A stretch of DNA of 64,000 nt from a virus, in IMG/VR virus record IMGVR_UViG_2915903177_000003, positions 6,315 to 70,314 of that record, one strand, 5' to 3'. Made by a program: the position numbers and the translations under genes. The first letter of the stretch is position 1. Each line of letters opens with the position of its first letter. Shown here in pieces: positions 18,517-28,351 of this stretch. The notes under the pieces were generated by a model. It had not been told where the DNA came from and did no database searches. It saw only the letters and a program-made list of their open reading frames with translations.

Positions 18517-19287
18517 CTACGGCTCAATCCCGATGTATTTTCCTTTGTCGAACGAGTGGTGCTCGTTGCCGGAGACATAGCCCAGTTGGTTGCTTACGCA
18601 TCTGGTGTTTCCGATTATCTTGTCGATGTTCCTATGTGAATGGCCGTATATCCAGTATTCGATCGGGCTGTTGGCGATGAAGCTGCCCAACTCAACAGTA
18701 AAAGCTCCATTGAGCGGACTGTCTTTGAACTCGGGAGACATCAACTCGAATGACGGGACATGGTGCGTTGCCACAAGGATATGCCCGGCTGTACTCTGTT
18801 TTACACTCTGTTCCAGGAAGCGGAAACAACGGTAGTGCTCCTCGTTGAACCTGTTGAAGTCCAGCGGGCTGCTTCCGTACCGTATTCTGCGGAAATCGCT
18901 GACGGCTGATTCCGTCCGGAAGGCATCTCCCAACGGTATATGCGCCCAAAGGGTGGTTGTAATCAGCTCGGTATCTTTTTCCAGCGGTATAACGGTATTG
19001 TAATGACAGGTGACATTGTTGCGGATTTTAAATGTCCAGCCGTTATACAGTTTGTCAATGTCGAACATCTTGTAGAATTCGTGATTGCCGGGAATGACGA
19101 TCGCCTGTTCGTAATTATCGGAAACCCAGTTCCAAAACGGATGTTTCGAATAGTTGTCATCGCCGATATAACCTATGTCGCCTGCCAGCACGAGAATGTT
19201 GCCGGTGACTTCCAACGGTTGGTGTTCCAGGTAGCTGCTGTTCTCCGGGAATTCGAGATGGAGGTCCGATGCGTATTGTATTTTCAT
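18517..19287 (-). CDS. Calcineurin-like metallophosphoesterase
   Basis: SDLHLE, LAGDI, PGNHE, THHVP and YGHSH motifs. Confidence 0.9.
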   Translation of the reverse strand: MKIQYASDLHLEFPENSSYLEHQPLEVTGNILVLAGDIGYIGDDNYSKHPFWNWVSDNYEQAIVIPGNHEFYKMFDIDKLYNGWTFKIRNNVTCHYNTVIPLEKDTELITTTLWAHIPLGDAFRTESAVSDFRRIRYGSSPLDFNRFNEEHYRCFRFLEQSVKQSTAGHILVATHHVPSFELMSPEFKDSPLNGAFTVELGSFIANSPIEYWIYGHSHRNIDKIIGNTRCVSNQLGYVSGNEHHSFDKGKYIGIEP

Positions 19288-20072
19288 TGTAATTCAAAAC
19301 TTCTTTTCAATTGTCCGACAAGCTGCTCCCCGGTGATATTCTTAAGGCCCGCGGCCCTGAAGAAGTCAGCGTTGGGCAGTTCATCCCGGACGGATTCTAT
19401 AAATCCGGCTATATCATCCCGCAATGCCCGGGGTAACCGGTAGGTCTCGGCAGGGGCCAGCATCGCGGCCAGGCGGAATACATCCTTCTTATGTTTGAGA
19501 ATATGCTTGCCGTCCACCTGTTCACCCCTGTTTTTTCTCCCGGTCATTTCCAGAAACGCCTTGCATTTCAGGCAGATCAGGCTTTCGATATTCGCAATTC
19601 GTACTCCGTCTTCATTGTCCACGGAACTGTGTCCGATCGTGAAATGATAATAATCGTCGTTCATCAGGATAGCCGACAGGCTCGACAAGTCGTCATCTAC
19701 GGGTATCGGCACGATATGGGCATCCGCGGGAAAGTTTATCAGGCCCTTATTGCGGGAAAACAATTCCACCTGATAAGGAAAATCCTCATTCAGGGGTTCC
19801 TTGAACCTGTAATACTCATGTCCGTGTTCGGCGTCACTGCCCGTACCGATGTTACGTTTCCCGTATCCCGCGGCCAGCACGAAGTCCCAGAACCTTGCGA
19901 CAAAACCGGACGACAGGACTTCGACGATCAATATGATGTCTATATCTTTTGTCGCCCTGGGGCGCTGTGCATAATTCACCTCATGTACCTCACACGCGGT
20001 TCCGCCTATGATGACATATTTGTCTTCAAAGCCGGCAAAGAACTCCTTGAATTTCTCTATTCCGTGTACCAT
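19284..20072 (-). CDS. Nucleotidyltransferase, AbiEii/type IV toxin-like
   Basis: IIGGTAC, RATKDIDI, LKCKAF and KHKKDV motifs. Confidence 0.75.
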   Translation of the reverse strand: MVHGIEKFKEFFAGFEDKYVIIGGTACEVHEVNYAQRPRATKDIDIILIVEVLSSGFVARFWDFVLAAGYGKRNIGTGSDAEHGHEYYRFKEPLNEDFPYQVELFSRNKGLINFPADAHIVPIPVDDDLSSLSAILMNDDYYHFTIGHSSVDNEDGVRIANIESLICLKCKAFLEMTGRKNRGEQVDGKHILKHKKDVFRLAAMLAPAETYRLPRALRDDIAGFIESVRDELPNADFFRAAGLKNITGEQLVGQLKRSFELQ

Positions 20073-21034
20073 GTCATTTTATCGATCATTGATTCAAGTT
20101 CTATCTGTATTCTCTCGTCTTCATTGTCTTTCAGGATCAGGAATAACGATATCCTGTCCACGAGACCGTTTTCTGAAAGATATCCGGGATTGTATTTCCA
20201 AATCTCGATGCAATTCGCACCGAATTCCTTGTCTGTCGGAACAGCCAGTTCCTTGAACCGCTCTTTGGAAACGGCATAGGTCTCCCTTCCTTCACCGTTG
20301 ATCAGGGTGTATCTCGACAACGCGCTTATTCCGGAAAGCTGCGCGTCATCAAGTGCCGCGTCGGTGAACACGGTGCGTTCAACCGGATTCACCAGATGCG
20401 GCTTTATGATTTTCCACAGTGTCTTACGTCCATGGTTGAAAGAGACGCGCTTCGTCCTGTCTCCTGTCAGGGTGATGAATTCCCGGTCTCTCAGCCAGCG
20501 GAAAGCCCGGTTGACATTGGGATAGGACACGCCGAACAGTTCCGCGATTTCCCGGGCGGTTCTCCCCGCGAGAGACCTGACCTGCAGATGGTACAGCACC
20601 ATGCACTGGGCGATTGCCGGAATGGTGTCGTTGTTTGCAGGGGACCCTTTGAGCGGTCTTAAATCAAGGAGCATGTCCGGAATGAACAGCTGTTTGCCGG
20701 GGATGATATAATTCACCCGTTGGATAATCAACCGTTGCAGGTTGTATGAGGCGACCGTCTCAAAGGCGAAGAGGGGCGTCTTTCCCGTTTTGCCCTCGAC
20801 GAGTTCCTTTTGTTTCCTGATTTGCGCCGGGGCAAACTGCATCTCGCCGGTATTGCATAGTAAGATGAGGTCTTTCCCCAGTAATTGCAGGGTATACAAC
20901 TTATAGGCACCCGTTATATATATAGGCAAACAGGCCACGGCACTTTCATCCAATTCCCTGACAATCACCTTTTCACCCAATAAATTCTCAAGATACCGGA
21001 TGAGTTCGCATATATAATCATTCATATTGCACAT
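20057..21034 (-). CDS. Winged-helix regulator, AbiEi/type IV antitoxin-like
   Basis: HTH TAREIAELFGVSYPNVNRAF and C-terminal LSGISALS...IEIWKY...VDRISL...DERI. Start is probably ATG 21040, 21034 or 21025 because a TAAATTTG promoter element lies at 21058-21065. Confidence 0.7.
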   Translation of the reverse strand: MCNMNDYICELIRYLENLLGEKVIVRELDESAVACLPIYITGAYKLYTLQLLGKDLILLCNTGEMQFAPAQIRKQKELVEGKTGKTPLFAFETVASYNLQRLIIQRVNYIIPGKQLFIPDMLLDLRPLKGSPANNDTIPAIAQCMVLYHLQVRSLAGRTAREIAELFGVSYPNVNRAFRWLRDREFITLTGDRTKRVSFNHGRKTLWKIIKPHLVNPVERTVFTDAALDDAQLSGISALSRYTLINGEGRETYAVSKERFKELAVPTDKEFGANCIEIWKYNPGYLSENGLVDRISLFLILKDNEDERIQIELESMIDKMTWYTE

Positions 21035-21191
21035 TATCATTATGCTTTGATAAAGTGCAAATTTAATGATAATATACATATCCGCCAAGGATTTTTCGTG
21101 TATTTCTCATTCCGGACAATCTTTTAGTTTTTTCCAACTTTTTACGAACAGCGCCCCCTATACTTTTTTCGAATCAAAAAATTATATCGAT

Positions 21192-21545
21192 ATGGATGAA
21201 AAGATGCTCACGAGGAAACAGGAGTCAGAAATTAAGGAAAAGGCTCTCAGATTGAAGGAGGAAAAGAAACTCCGCAAAATCTATCCGATGGTGGTTTTCG
21301 GCGAGACCGATTGCGGCGAGAAGGAGGTGTACGTCGCCTACATGGGCGAACCGACCTTTCCGCAGTTCTCGAAGTTCATGGCCGCGTCGAAGAAGGACGA
21401 GGTCATGGCCATGCGCACGCTGGCCCGTGACTGCTTCATCGACGGGGACAGGGAACTCGTGGATAACGACTCGCTCTTCCTTTTCGGTCTGATGGGCCAG
21501 CTCTCCGAACTCATCACCACAAGGCAGAGCGTACTGGTAAACTGA
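21192..21545 (+). CDS. Tail assembly chaperone (gpG-like)
   Basis: 117 aa between tube and tape measure; ends ...GGTAAAC-TGA. Confidence 0.72.
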   Translation: MDEKMLTRKQESEIKEKALRLKEEKKLRKIYPMVVFGETDCGEKEVYVAYMGEPTFPQFSKFMAASKKDEVMAMRTLARDCFIDGDRELVDNDSLFLFGLMGQLSELITTRQSVLVN

Positions 21546-21748
21546 TTGACCGGTGGCGTGTCACGGACGGGCAGCGCATCCGCCAGCGGATGATCTACGT
21601 GCGTCACTACTTCCCCGGCGTGGACCTCGACACCGTTACGGACGAGGAGTTCGCGATGCTCTCGGAAGACGCCCTGTGGCTGCACGAGCAGATGCTCGCA
21701 AGCCGTATGCCGGTACCGGTCAGCCTGCCGGAAAGACCTTCCCGATAA
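21539..21748 (+). CDS. -1 frame extension of tail chaperone (gpGT-like)
   Basis: Open -1 frame KLIDRWRVTDGQRIRQRMIYVRHYFPGVDLDTVTDEEFAMLSEDALWL... starting at the GGTAAAC site. Confidence 0.65.
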   Translation, partial: KLIDRWRVTDGQRIRQRMIYVRHYFPGVDLDTVTDEEFAMLSEDALWLHEQMLASRMPVPVSLPERPSR

Positions 21749-21839
21749 CCGCCGTAAGCCCCGGTGACTTGCGGCGGTCGTCTTTAATCCCCGCCCGTGG
21801 GGAAGCACTAATCTTTTATCGCGGAACACTATAAAAAGT

Positions 21840-24800
21840 ATGGCTCAGGAACAGAACTACCAGGTCAACTATACCATCAATGTTGATGCCACGCCGGGTA
21901 CCCGGCAGATCATCGAGTTCGGTGAAGCCGTGGGCAAGCTGGTGCAGGCCAAGGCCTCGCTGACGCCGGCGGTGACGAACATCAAGGACATGATGGACGA
22001 AATCGACCGTGTGTTCCGTACCAAGAACGGCAAGAAACGCAGCTTCGACTACCGGCTGACCATCGAAACAGGAAAAAGCGAGGAGAAACTGGAGCGTGTC
22101 AAGGCTCTCCTGAACGACATCTCGACACTTTCCAAGGGGATCAGCCTGACCATCAATGCCGGTCAGACGCTCGACACCAAAAAGATCAAGTCCGCCGCCA
22201 AAAGTCTTTACGAGAAGAAAGCCGCCGAACTGCGCAAGGAGAACATCGAGAAGAATGCCGCCTCGTCCGTTTCGACGATGACCGACGCCCAGAAACGCAT
22301 CACCAAGGCCATCGGTAAAATCAACTCGGCATTGATCTCGGTCACACAGGGGCGGGAACTCAATGTCAAGACCGACTTGGCCGAACGGCGCCTGCAAAAC
22401 ATTCTTTCGCTGCTCGGGAATATCAAGAATGCCTCGACAATCTCCCTGAATATCCGTGGCGGATTGCCTGCGGGCGGTATCGGAACCGGAGGAACCGCCG
22501 GTTCCCCGTTTGTTTATATGCCCGTGGCTCCCGTACCGTTCGCCCCGCAGCCCTTCGTCCTGCCCGGGAAGTCACGGCAGAAACTGATGGAGAGGCTCTA
22601 TACCGACCAACAGATGCACCGCCAGCGCATGCTACAGGAGGAGGAACGCTACGAGGCGCAGCAACGCAGGGACAGTGTCCGCAAGGCACAACTGGAAGAA
22701 GAACGGGGACGCCGCAATGCCGCCCGTGAAGCGGAGCGCCTGCAACGTCAGGCGGAAGCCGCCCGGCGGAAGGAAGCCGCATCGGCACGTCGCGCGGAGG
22801 AGAGACGCCACAAGGCGGAACTTGCAGAACAAAAACGTGCGGAGAAGGCTGCCCGGCAGCGCGAGCAACGCACGGCCATGCAATCCGTACGGCTGATGCA
22901 ACGGGAAAACACAGCCGCCGGCACGCTCTACCGCAGCAAACGCCGGGCGGCCATCAACCGTATCCAGTACTCCAAAACTCCGTCGTTGCGTAACCTGCCC
23001 TTCGCCTCGATGCTCAATGCCTACATGGGGTACAGCCTCGTGCGGTCGGAACTGACGAAAGCCATCAACTACTCCAACATCATGGAGTCGGCACACTCCA
23101 TCCTGCGGGTGGCGGATGCCGACCTGAAGACATTCGAGAAGCGTTTCGACGAGATGGCGCGGCATGTCCGCAAGATCGGCATCGACACGAAATTTACCGC
23201 CGTGGAGATTGCCGGGGCCGTGAAATACCTCTCGATGGCGGGCATGGACATCGCAACCATCCACAAGTCCATCCGCCCGATCACGAATCTCGCGATCATC
23301 GGCGACAACGACGTGTCGTACATCGCCGACCTGGCGACCAACATCATGGCCGGGTACGACATCAACAACGACAGCATGGACAGCGTGGCGGACATCATCG
23401 CCTCGACCATCTCACGCTCGAATGTCAACATCGTCGAGGTGGCCGAATCCTATAAGATGGCTGCCGGCTACCTGCGTATGGCGGGTGTGGATTTCACGGA
23501 GTCGACCGCCGCCATCGGTCTGTTGGGTAACATGGGTCTGAAAGGTACGCTGGCCGGCACGTCTCTCCGTGCCATGGCCACACGTTTCGCCAAGCCGACC
23601 AAGGAGTCGCAGAAAGTGCTCGACCGTCTGGGGGTCAAGTTTACCGAAATGCGTGACATCGAGGGTGTCATGGTCGAGAAACTTCGGCCTATCGCCGACA
23701 TCTTCGAGGAGCTGAACAGGAAAGGTGCCTCGATGGCCGACATGCAGGCTATTTTCGGTAAGATCGGCGGCAACGCCGCGATGATGTTCGTGCGCAACTA
23801 TGACCAGCTGCGTTCCCTGACGGCCCATAACCGGGGATCGCAGGGTATCTCCTCGGAACTGGCACTCGTCAAGCAGAATACGACCAAGGGTCTCTGGGCG
23901 CAGGTCACCTCACAGCTGACCGAGGGCTTCATGCAGGCGTACCAGATACTCGAACCGACTATTCGCAGCGTGCTGCGCTCCCTGCTCGACAAGTTCAAGG
24001 CCCCCGAGTTCACACGGGGACTGGTCAGCATCGGGAATGCGTTACTCGACATCTTCACGGTCATTGGCCATATCGGTGCATGGGTAACCCGTAATTTCCA
24101 TTGGATAGAGCCGATGTTGTTCACCGGCGTGGTCGCTGCCAAGTTGTTCAAAGTTGCAGGAGCCCTGACCAATATCGGTATCGCCGTCGGCTTCATCGGC
24201 AGGCAGTCCGCCGCGGCGGGGACGATGGAGGCCGTGCAGGGGCTGGTGGGAATGGGCAGGCTCTCCTTCGCGCAGAAGCGTGCCGTCGTCTCATCGATGC
24301 GGGCGGCGGGAGTTGCGGGACGCGGGGCAATGACACGGGCGTTGCTGGCAAGAGGCGGGGCTGTCGGCGCTAGAAGTGTCCTACAATCGCTCTTTGCCAC
24401 ACAGGTAGCGACAGGCAGCGGTCTGACGGGTGCCGCCGCCTCGCTCAGTGCCATCAGTACGGGTGCCGTGGCCGCCACGGCAGGTATCGCGGCACTGGTC
24501 GGAGCCTTGGGATGGGTGGCTTACAAGACCTGGAAGATCAAAGAGGCGAAAGACGCCGTGCTGGAAGAGATAGAACAGAACCGCAAATACCGGTACCCGT
24601 CCATCGACGCCCTCTACGCCTCGCTCAGCGAGACCTACAACATGGCCCTGAAAACCAAGCGGGCCGTGGACGAGGTTGTTGCCGGCAAGACCATCGGGGA
24701 AGCATCCGGACACAAGATTGGGGCCTTCACGGGCAACTGGTGGACCGGATTCCTCGGGGAATTCGCCATCGCCTCGTCGGAGGGCATGGTCTCACGGGAC

Positions 24801-25724
24801 AACGTGTACAACATGGACGATGCCCGTCAGGACGATATACGGGACGCCCTCATCACGCTGGCAAAACGGGACAGCCAGACACGTATCGATGCCGCTTACG
24901 CCGAGTTCGGGAAGCTTGGAAACGTACCGGAAGTGAATGCCTTCCTGAAAACGGTCCGGGAACGTTTCGGACAGCGGGACAAAGATCTGGACAAAAGCCT
25001 GTGGCGTGTGGTGGACGGGAAAATCGTCTACAACAGCGACCTTGGAGACAAACCCGAAGCGGTCGCCGCACAAACGTACGATTACGCCCGGTATATGAAC
25101 GAGACGACCGTCCCGGAAATCATCCGTGCCGCGACGCTTTACCGGGACGCCATCTCCGGTCCCGCGAAGGCCCGGGAACTGATGCGCAGGGGCGGCTTCG
25201 ACTTCGGGCAACTTTCCGAATGGGGATTCTCGCCGGACAAGGACGGGCGGTGGGTTCAGCGGGCATTGGACAAGAACGCCACCGAAGCACAGCGCGTGGA
25301 CAACATCGCAAACCGCAAGCTGGCGCATAACTCCCTCGTGAAATTCTTCTCCTCGTTGCGCCGAACCTTCGGCGGTTCGGCCGAAGCGGCGGAGAACATC
25401 ATGCGTGTGGCAGGCTTCACGCCTGACCAGTACGGCAACGAGCCGGATTCCAACGATACCCGTCCGTTCGCCACAAACCCGATCACCAACGCCCACCTGC
25501 CGGATGACGGCGGTGCCGGGGGTAACTACTCCGGGACGGGCCGGCTCTCCTCCGCAGCACCCAAGCAGGTCATCGTCAATATCGACAGCCTGCTCAGTGT
25601 CAAGACCATCGAACTGATGAAGTCCAAAGAGGGACAAACGGAAGAGATACAGAACCTGAAACAACAACTCGCCGAGGCGCTGATCGATGTCGTTCATGAC
25701 TTCGACGCCTCCTGGAACGCATAA
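21840..25724 (+). CDS. Tape measure protein
   Basis: 1294 aa. TP901-type core TKFTAVEIA...LSMAG...GLKGTLAGTSLRAM and hydrophobic Ala/Gly-rich segments. Confidence 0.92.
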   Translation: MAQEQNYQVNYTINVDATPGTRQIIEFGEAVGKLVQAKASLTPAVTNIKDMMDEIDRVFRTKNGKKRSFDYRLTIETGKSEEKLERVKALLNDISTLSKGISLTINAGQTLDTKKIKSAAKSLYEKKAAELRKENIEKNAASSVSTMTDAQKRITKAIGKINSALISVTQGRELNVKTDLAERRLQNILSLLGNIKNASTISLNIRGGLPAGGIGTGGTAGSPFVYMPVAPVPFAPQPFVLPGKSRQKLMERLYTDQQMHRQRMLQEEERYEAQQRRDSVRKAQLEEERGRRNAAREAERLQRQAEAARRKEAASARRAEERRHKAELAEQKRAEKAARQREQRTAMQSVRLMQRENTAAGTLYRSKRRAAINRIQYSKTPSLRNLPFASMLNAYMGYSLVRSELTKAINYSNIMESAHSILRVADADLKTFEKRFDEMARHVRKIGIDTKFTAVEIAGAVKYLSMAGMDIATIHKSIRPITNLAIIGDNDVSYIADLATNIMAGYDINNDSMDSVADIIASTISRSNVNIVEVAESYKMAAGYLRMAGVDFTESTAAIGLLGNMGLKGTLAGTSLRAMATRFAKPTKESQKVLDRLGVKFTEMRDIEGVMVEKLRPIADIFEELNRKGASMADMQAIFGKIGGNAAMMFVRNYDQLRSLTAHNRGSQGISSELALVKQNTTKGLWAQVTSQLTEGFMQAYQILEPTIRSVLRSLLDKFKAPEFTRGLVSIGNALLDIFTVIGHIGAWVTRNFHWIEPMLFTGVVAAKLFKVAGALTNIGIAVGFIGRQSAAAGTMEAVQGLVGMGRLSFAQKRAVVSSMRAAGVAGRGAMTRALLARGGAVGARSVLQSLFATQVATGSGLTGAAASLSAISTGAVAATAGIAALVGALGWVAYKTWKIKEAKDAVLEEIEQNRKYRYPSIDALYASLSETYNMALKTKRAVDEVVAGKTIGEASGHKIGAFTGNWWTGFLGEFAIASSEGMVSRDNVYNMDDARQDDIRDALITLAKRDSQTRIDAAYAEFGKLGNVPEVNAFLKTVRERFGQRDKDLDKSLWRVVDGKIVYNSDLGDKPEAVAAQTYDYARYMNETTVPEIIRAATLYRDAISGPAKARELMRRGGFDFGQLSEWGFSPDKDGRWVQRALDKNATEAQRVDNIANRKLAHNSLVKFFSSLRRTFGGSAEAAENIMRVAGFTPDQYGNEPDSNDTRPFATNPITNAHLPDDGGAGGNYSGTGRLSSAAPKQVIVNIDSLLSVKTIELMKSKEGQTEEIQNLKQQLAEALIDVVHDFDASWNA

Positions 25725-25729
25725 CGACT

Positions 25730-26701
25730 ATGTCACGATTACTGAAAATTGCAACATCCACATTGCTGAGTGGCGGCATACTCAACAACGGCTCACTGAG
25801 CGGATATATCAGCAACACCGCCCGCCTGGCACTGGGCATGGGGCTTGCCGAATTGCAGGACGGGCAGGTGCATTATTTCTCCGGGCATCACGACCTGTTG
25901 AAACGCGCCGCCATACAGGTCGCCTCGCAGACGGCCTACGGAATGCTCCGCTCTTATCCCCGCTACCTGAAATACTGGGAACAACGGGTCAGGGACAAAT
26001 ACCTCGAAACACAATCGCAGTCCAGCCTCGCCAACAAGACAGGACAGTACTACAAGCTCATCAGCGAACAGCAGGCCGTGGCGCAGACGAAAAACTACAC
26101 GGACTCCATCGTCGGCCGCACCGTGGCGGACTATCTGGAACTCTCCATCCCCAAAGAGGGGAAATACTACGACAACAGGGAGTGCAAAGCGGAGCCTAAC
26201 AGCAAGTACGGGCTCGTTACGTTCGTCGACTTGGGGCCGCAGGTGCAGGTGTCGAGCCGCAACAACATCCTGCTGACGCAGGTGCAGGGGCGCGACTACA
26301 CCCGCAAAGAGTTTATTTCGGGCGGTGATCTGGAAATAACCGTCAACGGCAGGATTACCTCCAAATACCCGGACGTGTACCCCGAAGCCGAAGTATCGAA
26401 ATTTATCAGGCTGGTACAGTACAAGGGCGTCATCGACTGCGACAATACGATTCTTAGGCAGTTCAACATCCGGCAGCTTATCATTCAAGGTTACACACTC
26501 CGGCCCACGGACTGCCGCAACGTGCAGCCCTACTCACTCACTTGCATCGCCGTGGAGCCGTCGGAAGCCGTGGAGTTGAGACTTGCCGAAGCCGAAGTCG
26601 TCGATACGGCCATCAGGCATACCAACAAATGGATCAAATGGGTGAAGTTCGGGACCGAGGTTGTCGACCCGGCTTCGCTTTTAAAGTTCACATGGCTATG
26701 A
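25730..26701 (+). CDS. Baseplate/tube-initiator-like protein (DUF6046-like)
   Basis: NNILLTQVQGRDYTRKEFISGGDLEITVNG and YPEAEV motifs, directly after tape measure. Confidence 0.65.
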   Translation: MSRLLKIATSTLLSGGILNNGSLSGYISNTARLALGMGLAELQDGQVHYFSGHHDLLKRAAIQVASQTAYGMLRSYPRYLKYWEQRVRDKYLETQSQSSLANKTGQYYKLISEQQAVAQTKNYTDSIVGRTVADYLELSIPKEGKYYDNRECKAEPNSKYGLVTFVDLGPQVQVSSRNNILLTQVQGRDYTRKEFISGGDLEITVNGRITSKYPDVYPEAEVSKFIRLVQYKGVIDCDNTILRQFNIRQLIIQGYTLRPTDCRNVQPYSLTCIAVEPSEAVELRLAEAEVVDTAIRHTNKWIKWVKFGTEVVDPASLLKFTWL

Positions 26702-28011
26702 TGGACGTGCTTTGCTGCAGGATAACCATCGGTGATGCCGACCCGGCCAGTCCGATGAAGATAACCGACGGCGTGGAGATTACGGAGGTCCATACCCTTG
26801 AAATCAACGAGAGCTACAAGAAACTTATCGGCACGGCAAAGGTCACTTTCCCGAAAGGGACGGTTTGCCGCTCCACTATCATCGGTACCGTGACGCTGGA
26901 GGGGAAGGATGCCTCACGACTGACGACGGAGGTTATGCAGGACGGCGTCATCATCGAGAAGCGTACGACCCAGCGGCTGGTCGATGAGACGACGTTCAAG
27001 GTCGGGCAACGCATCAATATTAAACTCGGTTACAACGGCGTGATGAAGAACATGTTCGACGGCTATATCACCGGCTATAACTCGGAGAGCATGTTGGAGA
27101 TCCAATGCGAGAACATGGCCTACAAGCTGAAACTCAAGCAGGCTCCGCATTTCGAGACCCCGGCCAAGGGTACGACCGTCAACGAGGTACTGGAAGGAAA
27201 ATACAATATACTGAAAGATACGGGGTTTAAACTCCATTCCGACACGAAAAAGTGCGAGATCCATATCGGCAAGGTCAAGGTGACGGACAACTTCACGGTG
27301 GCCGACATCCTTTCCGAGTGGTCGAAGTACAAGGTCTACTGTTTCCTGAAATATGATGCCGAAGATAACGGTGCGATGCCGGCAATTGCCGTAGGTCGTC
27401 CGTATTCATCCAGCAAGGCACAGCCGGTCTTCCCCGAGGATGAATCGACCGGACCGTACAAGATACTGTTCAACGAACACGTCGCGCAAAATAACTTGAA
27501 AATCGTGAAGACCGACCCGAAATTTCTTGCCGTGACGGGCAAGGCACTCGGAACCGATGAGAAGTTTTTCGAGGTGACAATACGCCTGAACCCCGAATAC
27601 AACCCGGCGGTTGCCGGCAGCAAGCAGTTCCAGACGGTGAATGCCACGCAGATTTCCAAGAAGACGCATAAGGTAACCGGAAACACGACGGCTAAAGGTG
27701 CGGCTACAAAGACCAAGGTGGATCTTTCGACCTACACCATCGTGCCATACATGTCACCGCATATCGGCATCACCTCTGACAGGCTTGTCGAGGAGACGAC
27801 CGAGTATTTCCGTAACTATAACCTGAACGGCATCACGGGCAGTGTTACCATCTTCGGAGATTTCGGACTGCCACCCGCCGTGCAGGTGGAACTGGTGGAT
27901 AACCGCAACCCCTCGAAAAACGGCGTTTACCTGGTGGAAGAGGTCACCACCACGTTTGGTGTCGGCGGATATCGTCAGCAATTGAGCATACCATACAGAA
28001 TTAGGAAGTAG
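26698..28011 (+). CDS. Baseplate hub protein (late control D-like)
   Basis: Start at ATG 26698. IKLGY, FDGYIT, GSVTIFG and NGVYLVEEVTTTFGVGGYRQ motifs. Confidence 0.75.
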   Translation: MMDVLCCRITIGDADPASPMKITDGVEITEVHTLEINESYKKLIGTAKVTFPKGTVCRSTIIGTVTLEGKDASRLTTEVMQDGVIIEKRTTQRLVDETTFKVGQRINIKLGYNGVMKNMFDGYITGYNSESMLEIQCENMAYKLKLKQAPHFETPAKGTTVNEVLEGKYNILKDTGFKLHSDTKKCEIHIGKVKVTDNFTVADILSEWSKYKVYCFLKYDAEDNGAMPAIAVGRPYSSSKAQPVFPEDESTGPYKILFNEHVAQNNLKIVKTDPKFLAVTGKALGTDEKFFEVTIRLNPEYNPAVAGSKQFQTVNATQISKKTHKVTGNTTAKGAATKTKVDLSTYTIVPYMSPHIGITSDRLVEETTEYFRNYNLNGITGSVTIFGDFGLPPAVQVELVDNRNPSKNGVYLVEEVTTTFGVGGYRQQLSIPYRIRK

Positions 28012-28351
28012 TACTTCTCGAAACTGATTTCAAGTATATCATGGGTATCGGGTAAATTACATGAATATGCCTATAAACTGTCATATCCGACCGGGTTCTT
28101 CCTCACCTTGGAATTGCCGGCTAAATATCAAATCGTTACCGGAAACACGTTGGGTATTGCCCCAATAATCAAAGAACGGATATTATTAATGAAATACCGG
28201 CTCGGATGGTCATACGTCCGGACCGGGAATGTTTTCACCGTAATGTCCTTAATCAGTGTTAATAGTAAGTGTCCAAAACTGAAAAAGCGATATTTGGTAT
28301 TGTGCCAAGTATCGCTTTTTGGTTATATTGAACCCCATGGGGGATTAATTT

